NCBI GenBank assembly: GCA_036560465.1
Contig: DATBRD010000054.1
Location: 3,261-67,260 of the forward strand
Source of the DNA: Methylobacter sp.
Lineage (GTDB): Bacteria > Pseudomonadota > Gammaproteobacteria > Methylococcales > Methylomonadaceae
Reading direction: 5' to 3'
DNA length: 64,000 nucleotides
The notes under the pieces were generated by a model. It searched no databases. It was not told where the DNA came from and saw only the letters and a list, made by a program, of their open reading frames with translations. This document shows, piece by piece, positions 39,720 through 51,313 of this stretch (its first letter is position 1; every line of letters starts with the position of its first letter). Both the position numbers and the translations under genes were made by a program.

Positions 39720-40148
39720 CTAATCCAGCCATTCAATAATGTGGTCTTCCAGATCATCAATTTCAGATTCTTTCATCGCATAGCTGCTGATTGAAACGCC
39801 TGTATCCTTAACGCTATCAGAGTTTTTCGATAACAAGGGATGCCAAGCGGGAAGCGCTTCTCCATCACTTAATAAGCGGTAAGCGCAGGTTGCAGGCAGC
39901 CAGTTGTACTCAGCAAAATCGTGTTGTTTTAAGTCCAGGCATTCAGGGACTAAGGTAGTACGTTCGGTATAACGGGTGCAACGGCAGGTGTCCAGATTAA
40001 TAAGGTTGCAGACGACGCTGGTAAAGTAAATGTCGCCGGTGTCTTCGTCTTCCAGTTTGTGTAGGCAGCATTTGCCGCAGTTATCGCATAATGACTCCCA
40101 TTCTTCGGGGGTCATTTCAGATAGTTTCTTGGTTTCCCAAAAGTTCAT
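39720..40148 (-). CDS. YcgN family cysteine-cluster protein (UPF0260)
   Basis: EWESLCDNCGKCC and WLPATCAYR motifs. Confidence 0.93.
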   Translation of the reverse strand: MNFWETKKLSEMTPEEWESLCDNCGKCCLHKLEDEDTGDIYFTSVVCNLINLDTCRCTRYTERTTLVPECLDLKQHDFAEYNWLPATCAYRLLSDGEALPAWHPLLSKNSDSVKDTGVSISSYAMKESEIDDLEDHIIEWLD

Positions 40149-40188
40149 GTGGCTATTCTCGTTAACAGGCTGAGGTTACGGCTGGGCT

Positions 40189-41022
40189 TTAATTAAGCAG
40201 TTCCCATATAGGTTTAATGTTCTCAGGCAGGGGCGCAAGCCTGCCTAATTCCACCCACAGGTTGGCCGGGTTGTGAAAGTCGGAGCCGACCGAGCCGGCC
40301 AGTTCAAAGTATGTTGCATAACGGGCGACGAGTTTTATTTCGTCGCTATTATAACGGCCGGTAACGACTTCTATGCCCGCACCTCCGGCTTGCTTGAAAG
40401 CCGCCAGCAGGCGTTTCATCCAGCTGGCGGTCAGATTGTAGCGTAACGGATGCGCCAATACCGCAACGCCGCCGGATTCAGTGATCCAGCTTATCGCCAG
40501 TTCCAGATCAGCCCAGGTTGTCGGCACATAAGCGTCTTTCCCGGAGCCGAGATAGCGGTCGAAAGCTTCCTGGTGAGTGGATACATGGAATTGCGAAACC
40601 AGGAAATCGGCGAAATGAGAGCGGGTGATCATGCCGTCTCCTGCGGCTTTTTTGACGGCTTCCAGCGCGCCGGAAATGCGTTTTTTCTCCAGCTTGGATG
40701 CGATCTTCTCGGCGCGTTCAATACGCATGAGTTGCAGGTTGCGGGTGGCCTCAGCCAGTGGCGGATGCATAGGATTAATGCCCAGTCCGACAATGTGAAA
40801 ACATTTGTTCTGCCAGCTGGTTGACAATTCAATGCCGGGAATTAATTTAATGCCCGCCGCGTCCGCCGCAGTTTTTGCTTCATTAAGTCCTGCGACCGTA
40901 TCGTGATCGGTTAAAGCCAGCGAGGTGACGCCGCATTGATGGGCGCGTTGCACTAAGGCTGTCGGCGACAGTGCGCCATCGGAGGCGGTAGAGTGGCAGT
41001 GTAGATCGTAGTGTTCAGTCAT
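40189..41022 (-). CDS. PHP domain protein (YciV/TrpH-like)
   Basis: DLHCHSTASDG, LTDHDT, VLAHPLRY and GSDFH motifs. Confidence 0.92.
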   Translation of the reverse strand: MTEHYDLHCHSTASDGALSPTALVQRAHQCGVTSLALTDHDTVAGLNEAKTAADAAGIKLIPGIELSTSWQNKCFHIVGLGINPMHPPLAEATRNLQLMRIERAEKIASKLEKKRISGALEAVKKAAGDGMITRSHFADFLVSQFHVSTHQEAFDRYLGSGKDAYVPTTWADLELAISWITESGGVAVLAHPLRYNLTASWMKRLLAAFKQAGGAGIEVVTGRYNSDEIKLVARYATYFELAGSVGSDFHNPANLWVELGRLAPLPENIKPIWELLN

Positions 41023-41103
41023 AGGTCTTCTAGCTTAACGGTGCAAGGTTAAAGGCAGCTTAAGGATATTGTTTCTCCTCGCGCCTTTTGTGTTTCACCT
41101 GTA

Positions 41104-42918
41104 TTACTGATACTCACCATAAAGTTTTGCATAAAGGCCGTTTTGGCTGAGCAGTGTTTCATGTTGCCCGTGTTCGCAGATTTTGCCTTGCTCAAAAACA
41201 TAAACATGATCGGCCTGTCTAACGGCGCTCAGGCGGTGGGCGATGATGATGGTGGTGCGGCCTTCTAAAAATTCAGCCATCGCTTGATGCAATTTATGCT
41301 CTGTTTCGCTATCCAGCGCCGAGGTGGCTTCATCCAATATAACCACCTTGGGGTCGGCCACGATCATTCTGGCAATCGCCATGCGTTGCCGCTGGCCGCC
41401 CGAGAGTCTCATGCCCAGCCGACCGACAATGGTATCCAGTCCTTTGTGCATATCCTGCACGATGTCGTTTAACTGTGCGATAGCCAACGCATTCCACAAG
41501 GCCTCATCGGTAGCTGGTTTACCCAGAGTCAGATTAGCACGGATGGTGTCATTAAAGAGGACGGGGTGTTGCAGTACGGTAACGACGTTTTCCCTGACCA
41601 CTTCCAGGCCGATGCGGTCGATCGGAACTTCATCGAAATAAATCTGGCCGTGGTCGGGTGGATAGAGGCCGATCAGGGCTTGTATCAGTGTCGATTTGCC
41701 GCCGCCGCTCGCGCCGACCAGTGCCACCTTTTCGCCGGCTTTGATTTTTAAATGGATGCCGTCGAGTATTTTTTCATCGCTGTAGCTGAAATGCAGGTTT
41801 TTTACGCGCAAAGACACAGTCTTTTTGTTCAAAAACGGATTTTCAAGGTGAGGATAATGAGGCTCTTGCTTCAGGGTGTTAAGCCGGTTGATGCGGATTA
41901 GCGCCGCTTTGGCAGCATAGAAGGCATACTGGATGCTCAGGATTTCCTGTACCGGAGCCATCATAAACCACAGGTAGCCGAACACGGCCAGCATTTGCCC
42001 GATGCTGAGATCGGAATAAAACACCATCAGCATCGCGCAGGCTCGGAATATGTCAAATCCGAACAGGAACACCAGAAAGCTCAATCGTGTCGCTGCATCG
42101 CTTTTCCAGGCGAATGCGGTCGAAAAGTCCTTAACGGAACGGGCCGAATCAATCAGTTGCTGACAATAATGCTTTTCGCGGTTGCTGGCGCGTATCTGAT
42201 GGATTGCTTCCAAAGTTTCAGTCAAGGATTGCTGAAAAACTTCAAAGGCAGAGTTTTCTTTTGATTTAAGGTCTTTAACACGGGAACCGATCACGCGGGT
42301 CAGATAAATAACCACAGGATTTAGCAGCAGGATAAATAAACCCAGCTGCCAGTGCATCCATAATAAAATGACCGCGGTACCGATAACGGTCAGGGCGGCC
42401 ACCAGCAGTTTGCTGACGGTCGTGCCGATAAACGTGTCGATTGTGTCAAGGTCTTTGACCAGGTGGGTCACCACCGTGCCGGTGCCTAGACTCTCGTATT
42501 CAGACATGGAAATATTTTGTAAATGCCCGATCAGGTTAGCGCGGATGCGGAACACAATATCTTTGGCAATGCAGGAAAATTGCCTGGACTGAATGATGTT
42601 GAAAATGATCGCGATAATGCGCAGTATAACGCTGACCAGCAAGATAACGCTGATGTAAAGAATCGGAAGTTGCCAGGCTACAGGGAACAGCTGATTGACT
42701 GTTTTTATGATAATGCCGGGTTTATGCAATAAAACTTCATCGACCAGCAACGGCATCAATAAGGGAACCGGAACGCTGGCAATGGTTGCCAAAATGGCGA
42801 TAAAATGAGAAATAATCAGTTCTTTTTTGTGTTCCAAAGCAATCTGGTAGATAGAACTCCAACTGTATGGCTGGGGAGCTTGCTTTGGCTGCACGGGATT
42901 TGATAGGGATGTTTTCAT
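41104..42918 (-). CDS. ABC exporter, fused TMD + NBD
   Basis: GASGGGKST, LSGGQRQR and ILDEATSALD motifs; N-terminal membrane domain. Confidence 0.95.
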   Translation of the reverse strand: MKTSLSNPVQPKQAPQPYSWSSIYQIALEHKKELIISHFIAILATIASVPVPLLMPLLVDEVLLHKPGIIIKTVNQLFPVAWQLPILYISVILLVSVILRIIAIIFNIIQSRQFSCIAKDIVFRIRANLIGHLQNISMSEYESLGTGTVVTHLVKDLDTIDTFIGTTVSKLLVAALTVIGTAVILLWMHWQLGLFILLLNPVVIYLTRVIGSRVKDLKSKENSAFEVFQQSLTETLEAIHQIRASNREKHYCQQLIDSARSVKDFSTAFAWKSDAATRLSFLVFLFGFDIFRACAMLMVFYSDLSIGQMLAVFGYLWFMMAPVQEILSIQYAFYAAKAALIRINRLNTLKQEPHYPHLENPFLNKKTVSLRVKNLHFSYSDEKILDGIHLKIKAGEKVALVGASGGGKSTLIQALIGLYPPDHGQIYFDEVPIDRIGLEVVRENVVTVLQHPVLFNDTIRANLTLGKPATDEALWNALAIAQLNDIVQDMHKGLDTIVGRLGMRLSGGQRQRMAIARMIVADPKVVILDEATSALDSETEHKLHQAMAEFLEGRTTIIIAHRLSAVRQADHVYVFEQGKICEHGQHETLLSQNGLYAKLYGEYQ

Positions 42919-42976
42919 TAGCGCTTGATTATATCTGTCTGAAACATCTTTAGGAATACATTACTGTGAGTGAAAT

Positions 42977-44872
42977 ATGAAATGCTTGGCATGGATTGTG
43001 TTGATATATCCGCTTCTTTTTTCCGATGCAGTATTTGGCAATACGCTCGATCAGCAAAGAAACGATTTTCTACAAGCGGAAAAACTGCTTGCTCAAGGCA
43101 ATGATGCGGCATTCACGCGCGCGAGTGCTGCCTTGAGCGATTATCCCCTGTATCCTTACCTGCAATATCAATGGCTGAAAGAGAATTTACAGCAAGATGA
43201 TCAAGTTCTGTCCTTTTTAGCAGCCTATAAAACGACCCGCTACGCCGGATTGTTGCGATCCAAGTGGCTGGATTACCTAGCTAAAAATGAGCGCTGGAGC
43301 GATTTTATCCTGAATTATGAAGCAGCGGAAAATACGGCTCTTGAATGCCAGTACAATCTGGCAATCTATAAGACAGGCAATCAGCAGCAGGCATTAAATG
43401 AAGCCAGACGTTTGTGGATAACCGGGGATTCTTTGCCGCAAGAATGTGATCCACTGTTGTCGGAATTAATGATGTCTCTCGGCTTTACACGGGAACTTAT
43501 CTGGCAACGGTTTGAGTTGGCTCTGAGCAAAGATAATGTCTCGGTGGCCGAATACGTCCGTCGTCTGATGGATGGTGCTGATCAGGATATTGCCGAGGTA
43601 TGGTTGCAGGTTCATCAAAAGCCGGCCCTGATCGGGAATGACGGTTTTTTGAGTCCGCAAATGGGGCGGCTTTTCGCTCATGGCATACATCGGCTGGCAA
43701 AATCCGATTTGAGTATGGCCATCCAACTTTGGGACGATAAAAAGCACACTTTCCAGATAGATGCTCAGACTATCCTGCAATTGGAGCGCAGCCTTGCACT
43801 TAGCTTGGCGCACAGCCGAAGCCCGGAAGCTTATTCACGTCTTAATCAATTGCCGATTGCTGATGAGGAAGTTAATGAATGGAAAGTCCGTGCAGCTTTG
43901 CTTGAACAAAACTGGCAACATGTCACCGAAGCGCTGGCAGGTTTGACAGCCCAAGAGCTGCAAGATCCTAAATGGCAATATTGGCTGGCTAGATCGCTGG
44001 AAAAAACCGGAGATACTTTACAGGCGCAAAATGTCTACACGAAGCTCGCAGAAGACCGGAGCTTTTACGGGTTTCTGGCCGCGGATAATGTTCATAAGCC
44101 TTATCAGTTCTCAAATAAACCGGTTCTTCTGGCGGAAAATGAGCTGGAAAAATTAGCCAATGAAACCGACTTTAAAGTGGTTCGGGAGCTTAATTTGCTG
44201 AACAGGGATCAAGAGGCTGAACGGCAATGGTGGTATGCGGTAAAAAAACTGAGCAAGGAGCAGCGCATGGTTGCTGCCAAACTAGCTCAGCAATGGCACA
44301 AAGACCAAATTGCCATTGCTACATTGGTTAAAGCGGACTATTGGGATGATCTGGCGTTGCGGTTCCCCGTTTATTATGCGAGCCAGGTTCATAATAATGC
44401 CTCCTTGCATAATCTGGATCCGGCCATTGTTTTTGGCCTGATCCGGCAGGAAAGCATATTCAATAAAAATGCCGAGTCAGCCGTTGGTGCGCGTGGTTTA
44501 ATGCAAGTTATGCCCAAGACAGGAATGCAGATAGCCCGCGATTTAAAGGAAAAATGGCAGTCAGACAACAGTCTGTTTAATCCTGATGTTAATGTCAGGT
44601 ACGGTGCTTTTTATTACAAGCAGTTGCTAAGGCAATTTAATGGCCATTTTGCATTGGCAATTGCGGCTTATAATGCCGGGTCGGGACGAGTAGCAAAATG
44701 GCTGCCCATTGCTGCGTCCGTGCCTGCAGATATCTGGATAGAAACCATTCCTTATAAAGAAACCAGGAAATATGTAACTTCGGTGCTTTCTTATGCCATT
44801 ATTTATCAGCAGCTCATGCAAAGGAAGGCTCTGAAGATAAAGGAATTGATGCTCGACGTGCTGCCCGGCTAA
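42977..44872 (+). CDS. slt: Soluble lytic murein transglycosylase (Slt70-like)
   Basis: YPLYPYL, SFYGFLAA, IRQES (catalytic Glu), GLMQVMP, AAYNAG and ETRKYV motifs. Confidence 0.94.
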   Translation: MKCLAWIVLIYPLLFSDAVFGNTLDQQRNDFLQAEKLLAQGNDAAFTRASAALSDYPLYPYLQYQWLKENLQQDDQVLSFLAAYKTTRYAGLLRSKWLDYLAKNERWSDFILNYEAAENTALECQYNLAIYKTGNQQQALNEARRLWITGDSLPQECDPLLSELMMSLGFTRELIWQRFELALSKDNVSVAEYVRRLMDGADQDIAEVWLQVHQKPALIGNDGFLSPQMGRLFAHGIHRLAKSDLSMAIQLWDDKKHTFQIDAQTILQLERSLALSLAHSRSPEAYSRLNQLPIADEEVNEWKVRAALLEQNWQHVTEALAGLTAQELQDPKWQYWLARSLEKTGDTLQAQNVYTKLAEDRSFYGFLAADNVHKPYQFSNKPVLLAENELEKLANETDFKVVRELNLLNRDQEAERQWWYAVKKLSKEQRMVAAKLAQQWHKDQIAIATLVKADYWDDLALRFPVYYASQVHNNASLHNLDPAIVFGLIRQESIFNKNAESAVGARGLMQVMPKTGMQIARDLKEKWQSDNSLFNPDVNVRYGAFYYKQLLRQFNGHFALAIAAYNAGSGRVAKWLPIAASVPADIWIETIPYKETRKYVTSVLSYAIIYQQLMQRKALKIKELMLDVLPG

Positions 44873-44956
44873 AATTTGAGCTGATTTTTTTTGGCGTCTG
44901 TTAGATAATGCACAATTCATAATAATAATAACCACCACGTTAAGGTATTAAAGAGT

Positions 44957-45472
44957 ATGGGTAAACAGCACAGTTTTACGCGCGAAGAATTGTTGAAGTC
45001 CGGCAGGGGGGAGCTGTACGGGCCAAAAAATGCGCAATTACCTTTACCGAATATGCTGATGATGGATCGTATTACCCTTATTACGGATGAGGGCGGCGCA
45101 TATGGAAAAGGCGAGATTATTGCTGAGCTGGATATAACGCCTGATTTATGGTTTTTCGGCTGCCATTTTCAGGGCGATCCTGTAATGCCCGGTTGCTTGG
45201 GGTTGGACGCGATGTGGCAGTTGGTCGGCTTTTTTTTGTGCTGGATGGGCGGTCCCGGTAAAGGTCGTGCTTTGGGGGTCGGTGAAGTTAAATTTACTGG
45301 ACAAGTGTTGCCTACTGCCAAGAAAGTTATCTATCGGGTCAACTTAAAAAGAGTGATAATGCGGAAGTTAGTTATGGGTATAGCTGATGCCACCATGGAA
45401 GTTGATGGCAAAGTGATTTATGAGGCTACCGATTTACGGGTTGGTCTATTCACTTCCACAGAAGATTTTTAG
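44957..45472 (+). CDS. fabA: 3-hydroxyacyl-ACP dehydratase/isomerase
   Basis: [12 protein letters not shown] and [25 protein letters not shown] motifs. Confidence 0.98.
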   Translation: MGKQHSFTREELLKSGRGELYGPKNAQLPLPNMLMMDRITLITDEGGAYGKGEIIAELDITPDLWFFGCHFQGDPVMPGCLGLDAMWQLVGFFLCWMGGPGKGRALGVGEVKFTGQVLPTAKKVIYRVNLKRVIMRKLVMGIADATMEVDGKVIYEATDLRVGLFTSTEDF

Positions 45473-45483
45473 AGGCACTAACA

Positions 45484-46707
45484 ATGAAAAGAGTCGTAGT
45501 TACCGGTTTAGGTATTGTTTCCAGTATAGGAAATAATCGAGCCGAAGTTGTCGATTCGCTAAAGGAAGGCCGTTCAGGAATTGCCTTTGCAGACGTATAT
45601 AAAGAAATGGGTTTTCGTAGCCATGTTCACGGGCCTATCAATATAGATTTAGACGAATTTATCGACCGTAAAATAAAACGTTTTATGGGTGATGGTGCTG
45701 CGTTTAATTATATTGCCATGCAGCAAGCGATTGATGATTCCGGTCTGGATGAAGCAGAAGTTTCAAATTTCAGAACTGGCCTGGTCATGGGATCCGGCGG
45801 TCCTTCAACATCAAACATTGTTGATGCTGCTGATATTTTACGCGACAAGGGCATCAAAAAAGTCGGGCCTTATATGGTGCCTAGAAGCATGTCCAGCACC
45901 AATACTGCATGTCTTGCTACACCTTATAAAATTAAAGGCGTCAATTACACGATCAGTTCAGCGTGTGCAACCAGCGCGCACTGTATCGGTCATGCGATGG
46001 AACTGATCCAGATGGGCAAGCAGGATATCGTGTTTGCTGGTGGTGGTGAGGAAGTGCATTGGTCCATGTCGATGTTATTTGACGCGATGGGTGCTTTGTC
46101 TTCCAAATACAATGACACTCCGACTACGGCTTCAAGGCCTTATGATGAAACCCGTGACGGCTTTGTTATTTCCGGCGGCGGCGGTGTTCTGGTCATTGAA
46201 GAACTGGAACATGCCAAAGCGCGCGGCGCGAAAATCTACGCTGAGCTGACCGGTTACGGAGCAACTTCCGACGGTTATGACATGGTTCAACCGTCAGGCG
46301 AAGGCGCTGTGCGTTGCATGCAGCAAGCGATGGCGACTATTGGCGGCAGCAAGATTGATTATATTAATGCTCACGGCACCAGTACGCCGGTCGGCGATAC
46401 CAAAGAACTTGAAGCTTTGCGCGCCGTGTTCGGCCAGGATAATGTACCTTTGGTCAGCTCCACTAAGTCGCTGACAGGTCATGCACTGGGCGCGGCGGGC
46501 GTTAATGAGGCGATTTATTCGTTGTTAATGATGGAAGAAAATTTCCTTAGCGCATCGGCCAACATCACCCAGCTTGATCCGGGTGCAGCAGGTATTCCGA
46601 TAGTGCGTGAACGTAAAGACAACATTACGTTAAACACGATCATGTCGAATAGCTTCGGCTTCGGCGGCACCAACGCTACACTGATTTTTCAGCGTTACAA
46701 CGGCTGA
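45484..46707 (+). CDS. fabB: 3-oxoacyl-ACP synthase I
   Basis: [17 protein letters not shown] and SLTGHALG catalytic Cys/His/His; follows fabA. Confidence 0.97.
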   Translation: MKRVVVTGLGIVSSIGNNRAEVVDSLKEGRSGIAFADVYKEMGFRSHVHGPINIDLDEFIDRKIKRFMGDGAAFNYIAMQQAIDDSGLDEAEVSNFRTGLVMGSGGPSTSNIVDAADILRDKGIKKVGPYMVPRSMSSTNTACLATPYKIKGVNYTISSACATSAHCIGHAMELIQMGKQDIVFAGGGEEVHWSMSMLFDAMGALSSKYNDTPTTASRPYDETRDGFVISGGGGVLVIEELEHAKARGAKIYAELTGYGATSDGYDMVQPSGEGAVRCMQQAMATIGGSKIDYINAHGTSTPVGDTKELEALRAVFGQDNVPLVSSTKSLTGHALGAAGVNEAIYSLLMMEENFLSASANITQLDPGAAGIPIVRERKDNITLNTIMSNSFGFGGTNATLIFQRYNG

Positions 46708-46720
46708 CGCAATCGTTTAT

Positions 46721-46744
46721 CGGGGTTCGGCTACACGAACCCCG
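46721..46744 (+). terminator. Probable intrinsic terminator after fabB
   Basis: CGGGGTTCG-GCTACA-CGAACCCCG 9-bp stem followed by a pyrimidine-rich tail. Confidence 0.6.
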
Positions 46745-46779
46745 CATTCTTTCCTTTCAAATATCTCATATCTCTGACC

Positions 46780-47688
46780 ATGTCAGATCCAAACCAAAAA
46801 TCTAGAACCCAATTTAACAAGCTGCAAAAGAAATTGCGGCACACCGTCGGCGATGCGATAGCCGACTACAACATGATCGAAAACGGCGACAAGATCATGG
46901 TGTGCTTGTCCGGCGGTAAAGATTCATTTACCTTGCTGGATATTCTGATGCACTTGCAACAAACGGCGCCGGTTGAATTCGAGTTGATTGCGGTCAACTT
47001 GGACCAGAAGCAGCCCGGTTTTCCCGAGCATGTATTGCCGGAATATCTTAAATCGCTGGGCGTGCCGTATCATATTATTGAAAAAGACACCTATAGCGTG
47101 GTAAAGCGGGTTATCCCTGAGGGCAACACTACCTGCGGACTGTGTTCGCGCTTGCGGCGAGGTACCTTGTACGGTTATGCCGAAGCCAACAATGTCACCA
47201 AAATAGCTTTGGGTCATCATCGCGACGACATACTCGAAACCTTTTTCCTGAATATTTTTTACGGCGGCAAATTAAAAGCGATGCCGCCCAAGTTGTTAAG
47301 CGACGATAAGAAAAATATTATTATTCGGCCTCTGGCGTACACCCGTGAAAAAGACATTGAACGCTTGGCCGCGTTTAAAAACTACCCGATCATCCCGTGC
47401 AACTTATGCGGTTCCCAGGAAAACATGCAGCGCCAAGCCATGAAAGCCATGTTGAGAACTTGGGATAAGCAGTTTCCGGGACGTCTGGAAACCATTTTTA
47501 CCAGTCTTCAAAATGTCGCGCCTTCACAATTGGCTGATACCAAGTTATTTGATTTTGCCGGGCTAACACGCAGCCAACAAGCCGTTGAAGAGCAGGTTAT
47601 GACATTTATCGCCAGGGATGGTGTGTATGCTGCTAGCCAGTCGGGAACTGGCGCGGCGAATGCCGGACTGGACGTGCTGGCTCAGTGA
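46780..47688 (+). CDS. ttcA: tRNA 2-thiocytidine(32) synthetase
   Basis: SGGKDS PP-loop, CGLC and PCNLCGS motifs. Confidence 0.96.
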   Translation: MSDPNQKSRTQFNKLQKKLRHTVGDAIADYNMIENGDKIMVCLSGGKDSFTLLDILMHLQQTAPVEFELIAVNLDQKQPGFPEHVLPEYLKSLGVPYHIIEKDTYSVVKRVIPEGNTTCGLCSRLRRGTLYGYAEANNVTKIALGHHRDDILETFFLNIFYGGKLKAMPPKLLSDDKKNIIIRPLAYTREKDIERLAAFKNYPIIPCNLCGSQENMQRQAMKAMLRTWDKQFPGRLETIFTSLQNVAPSQLADTKLFDFAGLTRSQQAVEEQVMTFIARDGVYAASQSGTGAANAGLDVLAQ

Positions 47689-48419
47689 CCTGCATCGTTC
47701 TTTTTACCGATTTTGGGCCATCCGGCCCTTATATCGGGCAAATGGAATCCGTGTTACGGCAAACAGCGCCGAATACACCTGTCATTAATCTGCTGAGTAA
47801 TGCCCCGATAGCCGATCCCCATTTAAGTTCTTATCTATTGGCCGCATTGCGGCACAGTTTTCCTGCAAACAGCATTTTTCTGGCTGTGGTCGATCCTGGT
47901 GTCGGCGGCGAGCGCAAAGCCGCTGTTTTGCACGCTGACGGACAAATTTTTGTCGGGCCGGATAACGGCTTGTTCAATACCGTCTCCGTCCAGGCTAAAC
48001 ATGCGCAATGGTCGGAAATTACCTGGAGACCGAAAGTTTGCTCGATGAGCTTTCACGGCAGGGATCTATTTGCTCCCGTTGCCGCAAAGTTGGCTATCAA
48101 TGAGGCGGATGGTTTGTCGCAGCCATTTGAACGAAATGATTTAAGCAATTGGCCGCAAGACTTGGCGGAAGTGATTTATTTCGATTATTACGGCAATGCA
48201 ATGACCGGATTGCGCTATCAAGAAACCTATGACGGCAAGACTCTAACCATCAACAATGTAACAGTTAAACAGGCCGGTACTTTCAGCGATGTCGAAGAAC
48301 AACAGGCGTTCTGGTATAAAAATTCCAGCGGTTTGATCGAAATTGCGATCAATAAAGGCCGTGCAGAACGGCAGCTGTCCCTGAAGCTGGGGATGCAAAT
48401 CGATTTTTCCGTTATTTGA
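47685..48419 (+). CDS. SAM hydroxide adenosyltransferase / chlorinase-fluorinase family (DUF62)
   Basis: [26 protein letters not shown] and DYYGN motifs; GTGA overlap with ttcA. Confidence 0.88.
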   Translation: MTCIVLFTDFGPSGPYIGQMESVLRQTAPNTPVINLLSNAPIADPHLSSYLLAALRHSFPANSIFLAVVDPGVGGERKAAVLHADGQIFVGPDNGLFNTVSVQAKHAQWSEITWRPKVCSMSFHGRDLFAPVAAKLAINEADGLSQPFERNDLSNWPQDLAEVIYFDYYGNAMTGLRYQETYDGKTLTINNVTVKQAGTFSDVEEQQAFWYKNSSGLIEIAINKGRAERQLSLKLGMQIDFSVI

Positions 48420-48578
48420 TGACAGGTGACTAGCTAAAGTTGCTATCCAACGGTTTCAAGCCGGTAACTTGGGATGAATAGGTCCTGCTAATGGTTTATA
48501 ATCTCTTCCTCTAAAGTTTTTATCGACCGGCGTTCATACGTGCGTTTGGTCTCGACTGTCATTGGTTAAATACACCTC

Positions 48579-49677
48579 ATGCAAGAAATAAATCCGATCA
48601 AAAACAAAATAGCCGACTTAAAAAGCCGTGGCGATGCCCTTAGGAGGTATCTTTGACTTTGACGTCAAGAGCGAACGTCTAATCGAAGTTTTACGGGAGC
48701 TGGAAAATCCGAAAATATGGGATAACCCCGAAGAAGCGCAGGCTCTGGGCAAAGAGCGCGGCCAACTGGAAGTCATCGTTAATACCATTAATGACCTGGA
48801 ACGCGGTCTTAGCGACGCAGAAGAATTGCTGCTGATGGCGGTCGAAGAAAACGATGAGGAAACCGTTGATACCGTCGTAGATGATCTGGAGGGTTTTGAA
48901 AAAAGAGTCGCAGACCTGGAATTTCGCCGCATGTTCTCCGGAAAAATGGACGCCAACAACGCCTTTTTGGACATACAGTCCGGCTCCGGCGGTACCGAGG
49001 CTCAGGACTGGGCATCAATCATCGAGCGCATGTATTTGCGTTGGGGCGAGCAGAAAGGTTTTAAAACCGAACTGATCGAAGAGTCGCAAGGCGACGTGGC
49101 CGGCATCAAAAGCGCCACGATCAAGTTCGAAGGCGAATATGCGTTCGGCTGGCTGCGCACCGAAACCGGCGTGCACCGCTTGGTCAGGAAATCGCCGTTC
49201 GATTCGGGCAATCGCCGCCATACCTCGTTTGCATCGGTATTCGTATCGCCGGAAATTGATGATGATATCGACATCGACATCAATCCCGCCGATATACGAG
49301 TCGACGTTTACCGTGCCAGCGGCGCGGGCGGTCAGCATATCAACAAAACCGAGTCGGCCGTGCGTATGACCCATAACCCGACCGGAATTGTCGTGCAGTG
49401 CCAGAGCGACCGCTCACAGCATAAAAACCGCGATACCGCGATGAAGCAATTGAAAGCGAAATTATACGAACTGGAAATGCGCAAGCGTAGCGAATCGGCC
49501 CAGGCACTGGAAGATACCAAGTCGGATATAGGCTGGGGCAGTCAGATCCGTTCCTATGTTTTGGATCAATCGCGGATCAAGGATTTGCGTACCAGCGTCG
49601 AAACAGGCAACACCCAGGCAGTTTTGGATGGCGATCTGGATCAGTTTATCGAGGCCAGCTTGAAGAGCGGTCTGTAA
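48579..49677 (+). CDS. prfB: Peptide chain release factor 2, with programmed +1 frameshift
   Basis: ATG 48579 opens [25 protein letters not shown], then CTT-TGA-C. The +1 frame continues DFDVKSER and contains SPF and GGQ motifs. Confidence 0.98.
48642..48657 (+). promoter_or_regulatory. prfB frameshift signal
   Basis: AGGAGG-TAT-CTT-TGA-C: internal SD 3 nt before the slippery CTT-T. Confidence 0.97.
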
Positions 49678-49705
49678 ATCTATTTAAACAAAGAGTTAAC
49701 AAAAA

Positions 49706-51205
49706 ATGTCAGAAATTGAGCACGACGAACAGGAACAAATCAGGCAACGCCGCAGCAAATTGAACGAATTGCGCGAAAACGGCGGCATTGCTTTTCCTAC
49801 CGATTTTCGCCGCAATGTGGTGGCCGGCGAACTGCTGGCCGAATACGCGGAAAAATCCAAGGAAGAACTCGAAGCAGAGCCAATGCGTGTGAAATTAGCA
49901 GGGCGGATGATGACCCGCCGGGTGATGGGCAAGGCCAGTTTCTGCCATATTCAGGACATGTCCGGCAAAATACAGCTGTATGTAACTCGCGATACATTGC
50001 CCGAAGGCTTTTACAACGAGCAGTTTAAAAAATGGGATATCGGCGATATTGTCGGTGCGGAAGGCGTATTGTTTAAAACCCAGACTGGCGAACTCAGCGT
50101 TAAGGTTGATGACATTCGCCTGCTGACAAAAGCTTTGCGTCCATTGCCTGAAAAATTTCACGGCATTGCCGATCAGGAAATTAAATACCGTCAGCGTTAT
50201 TTGGATTTGATCATGAGCGAGCAATCGCGCAACACTTTCTTGATTCGTTCCAAAGTCGTTGCTTATATTCGCCAATTCTTGATTGAGCGCAATTTCTTGG
50301 AAGTTGAAACGCCGATGATGCAAATGATTCCCGGTGGAGCAACGGCACGTCCTTTTACGACTTTTCATAACGCGCTGGATATGGAGCTGTATTTACGTAT
50401 CGCACCGGAATTGTATTTAAAACGCTTGGTGGTCGGAGGTTTTGAACGGGTGTTTGAAATTAACCGCAACTTCCGCAACGAAGGTTTATCGACCCGCCAT
50501 AATCCCGAATTCACGATGCTGGAGTTTTATCAGGCTTATGCGGAATACCATGAGTTAATGGACTTAACCGAAACCATGTTGCGCGGTGTTGCGATTGAAG
50601 TGTTGGGGCAAACTATGATTACCTATCAAGGCGAACAATACGATTTCGGCAAGCCGTTCGACCGTATGACCGTGGTTGAGTCGATTCTGCACTTTAATCC
50701 CGACTTAACGGCGGAGAATATCGCCACACGCGAAGCTGCGGTTGAAGTTGCCAAAAAACTGAATATTCCGGTCAAAGACGGTTACGGTCTGGGCAAAATC
50801 CAGATCGAGATATTTGAAAAGACCGTGGAAAGCCGGTTGATGAATCCGACTTTTATCACTGCTTATCCGGTTGAAGTATCACCGTTGGCAAGACGCAATG
50901 ACAACGATCCGCATGTCACCGATCGTTTTGAATTCTTTGTCGGAGGCCGTGAAATCGCCAACGGCTTTACCGAGTTGAACGATGCCGAAGACCAGGCCGC
51001 GCGTTTCCAAAAACAGGTTGAGGAAAAAGAAGCCGGCGATGATGAAGCCATGCACTTTGACGCCGATTATATCGTCGCGCTGGAACACGGCATGCCGCCG
51101 ACAGCAGGCGAGGGCATAGGTATCGATCGTCTGGTGATGCTGTTTGCCGATGCGCCGTCAATCCGCGATGTATTGTTGTTTCCGCATATGCGGCCGAAAG
51201 GCTAA
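49706..51205 (+). CDS. lysS: Lysine-tRNA ligase (class II)
   Basis: RYRQRYLDL-like motif, [21 protein letters not shown]; downstream of prfB. Confidence 0.98.
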   Translation: MSEIEHDEQEQIRQRRSKLNELRENGGIAFPTDFRRNVVAGELLAEYAEKSKEELEAEPMRVKLAGRMMTRRVMGKASFCHIQDMSGKIQLYVTRDTLPEGFYNEQFKKWDIGDIVGAEGVLFKTQTGELSVKVDDIRLLTKALRPLPEKFHGIADQEIKYRQRYLDLIMSEQSRNTFLIRSKVVAYIRQFLIERNFLEVETPMMQMIPGGATARPFTTFHNALDMELYLRIAPELYLKRLVVGGFERVFEINRNFRNEGLSTRHNPEFTMLEFYQAYAEYHELMDLTETMLRGVAIEVLGQTMITYQGEQYDFGKPFDRMTVVESILHFNPDLTAENIATREAAVEVAKKLNIPVKDGYGLGKIQIEIFEKTVESRLMNPTFITAYPVEVSPLARRNDNDPHVTDRFEFFVGGREIANGFTELNDAEDQAARFQKQVEEKEAGDDEAMHFDADYIVALEHGMPPTAGEGIGIDRLVMLFADAPSIRDVLLFPHMRPKG

Positions 51206-51224
51206 TCTTTGGGATGCCTATGGA

Positions 51225-51248
51225 GGCGACCCGGCAGGTCGCCCCTAC
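51225..51248 (-). repeat. Single GTAG-type REP palindrome
   Basis: The reverse complement reads GTAGGGGCGACCTGCCGGGTCGCC; located between convergent lysS and gloB. Confidence 0.65.
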
Positions 51249-51313
51249 ATTTGTCCAACGCTGTGGAGCTCAGTTTACTGGCTCTATAATCCGACATTGA
51301 TCCTCAAAGGCAA

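Noticed and set aside
48628-49677. ORF-track start for RF2
   Set aside because: Artefact of the programmed frameshift; the real start is 48579.
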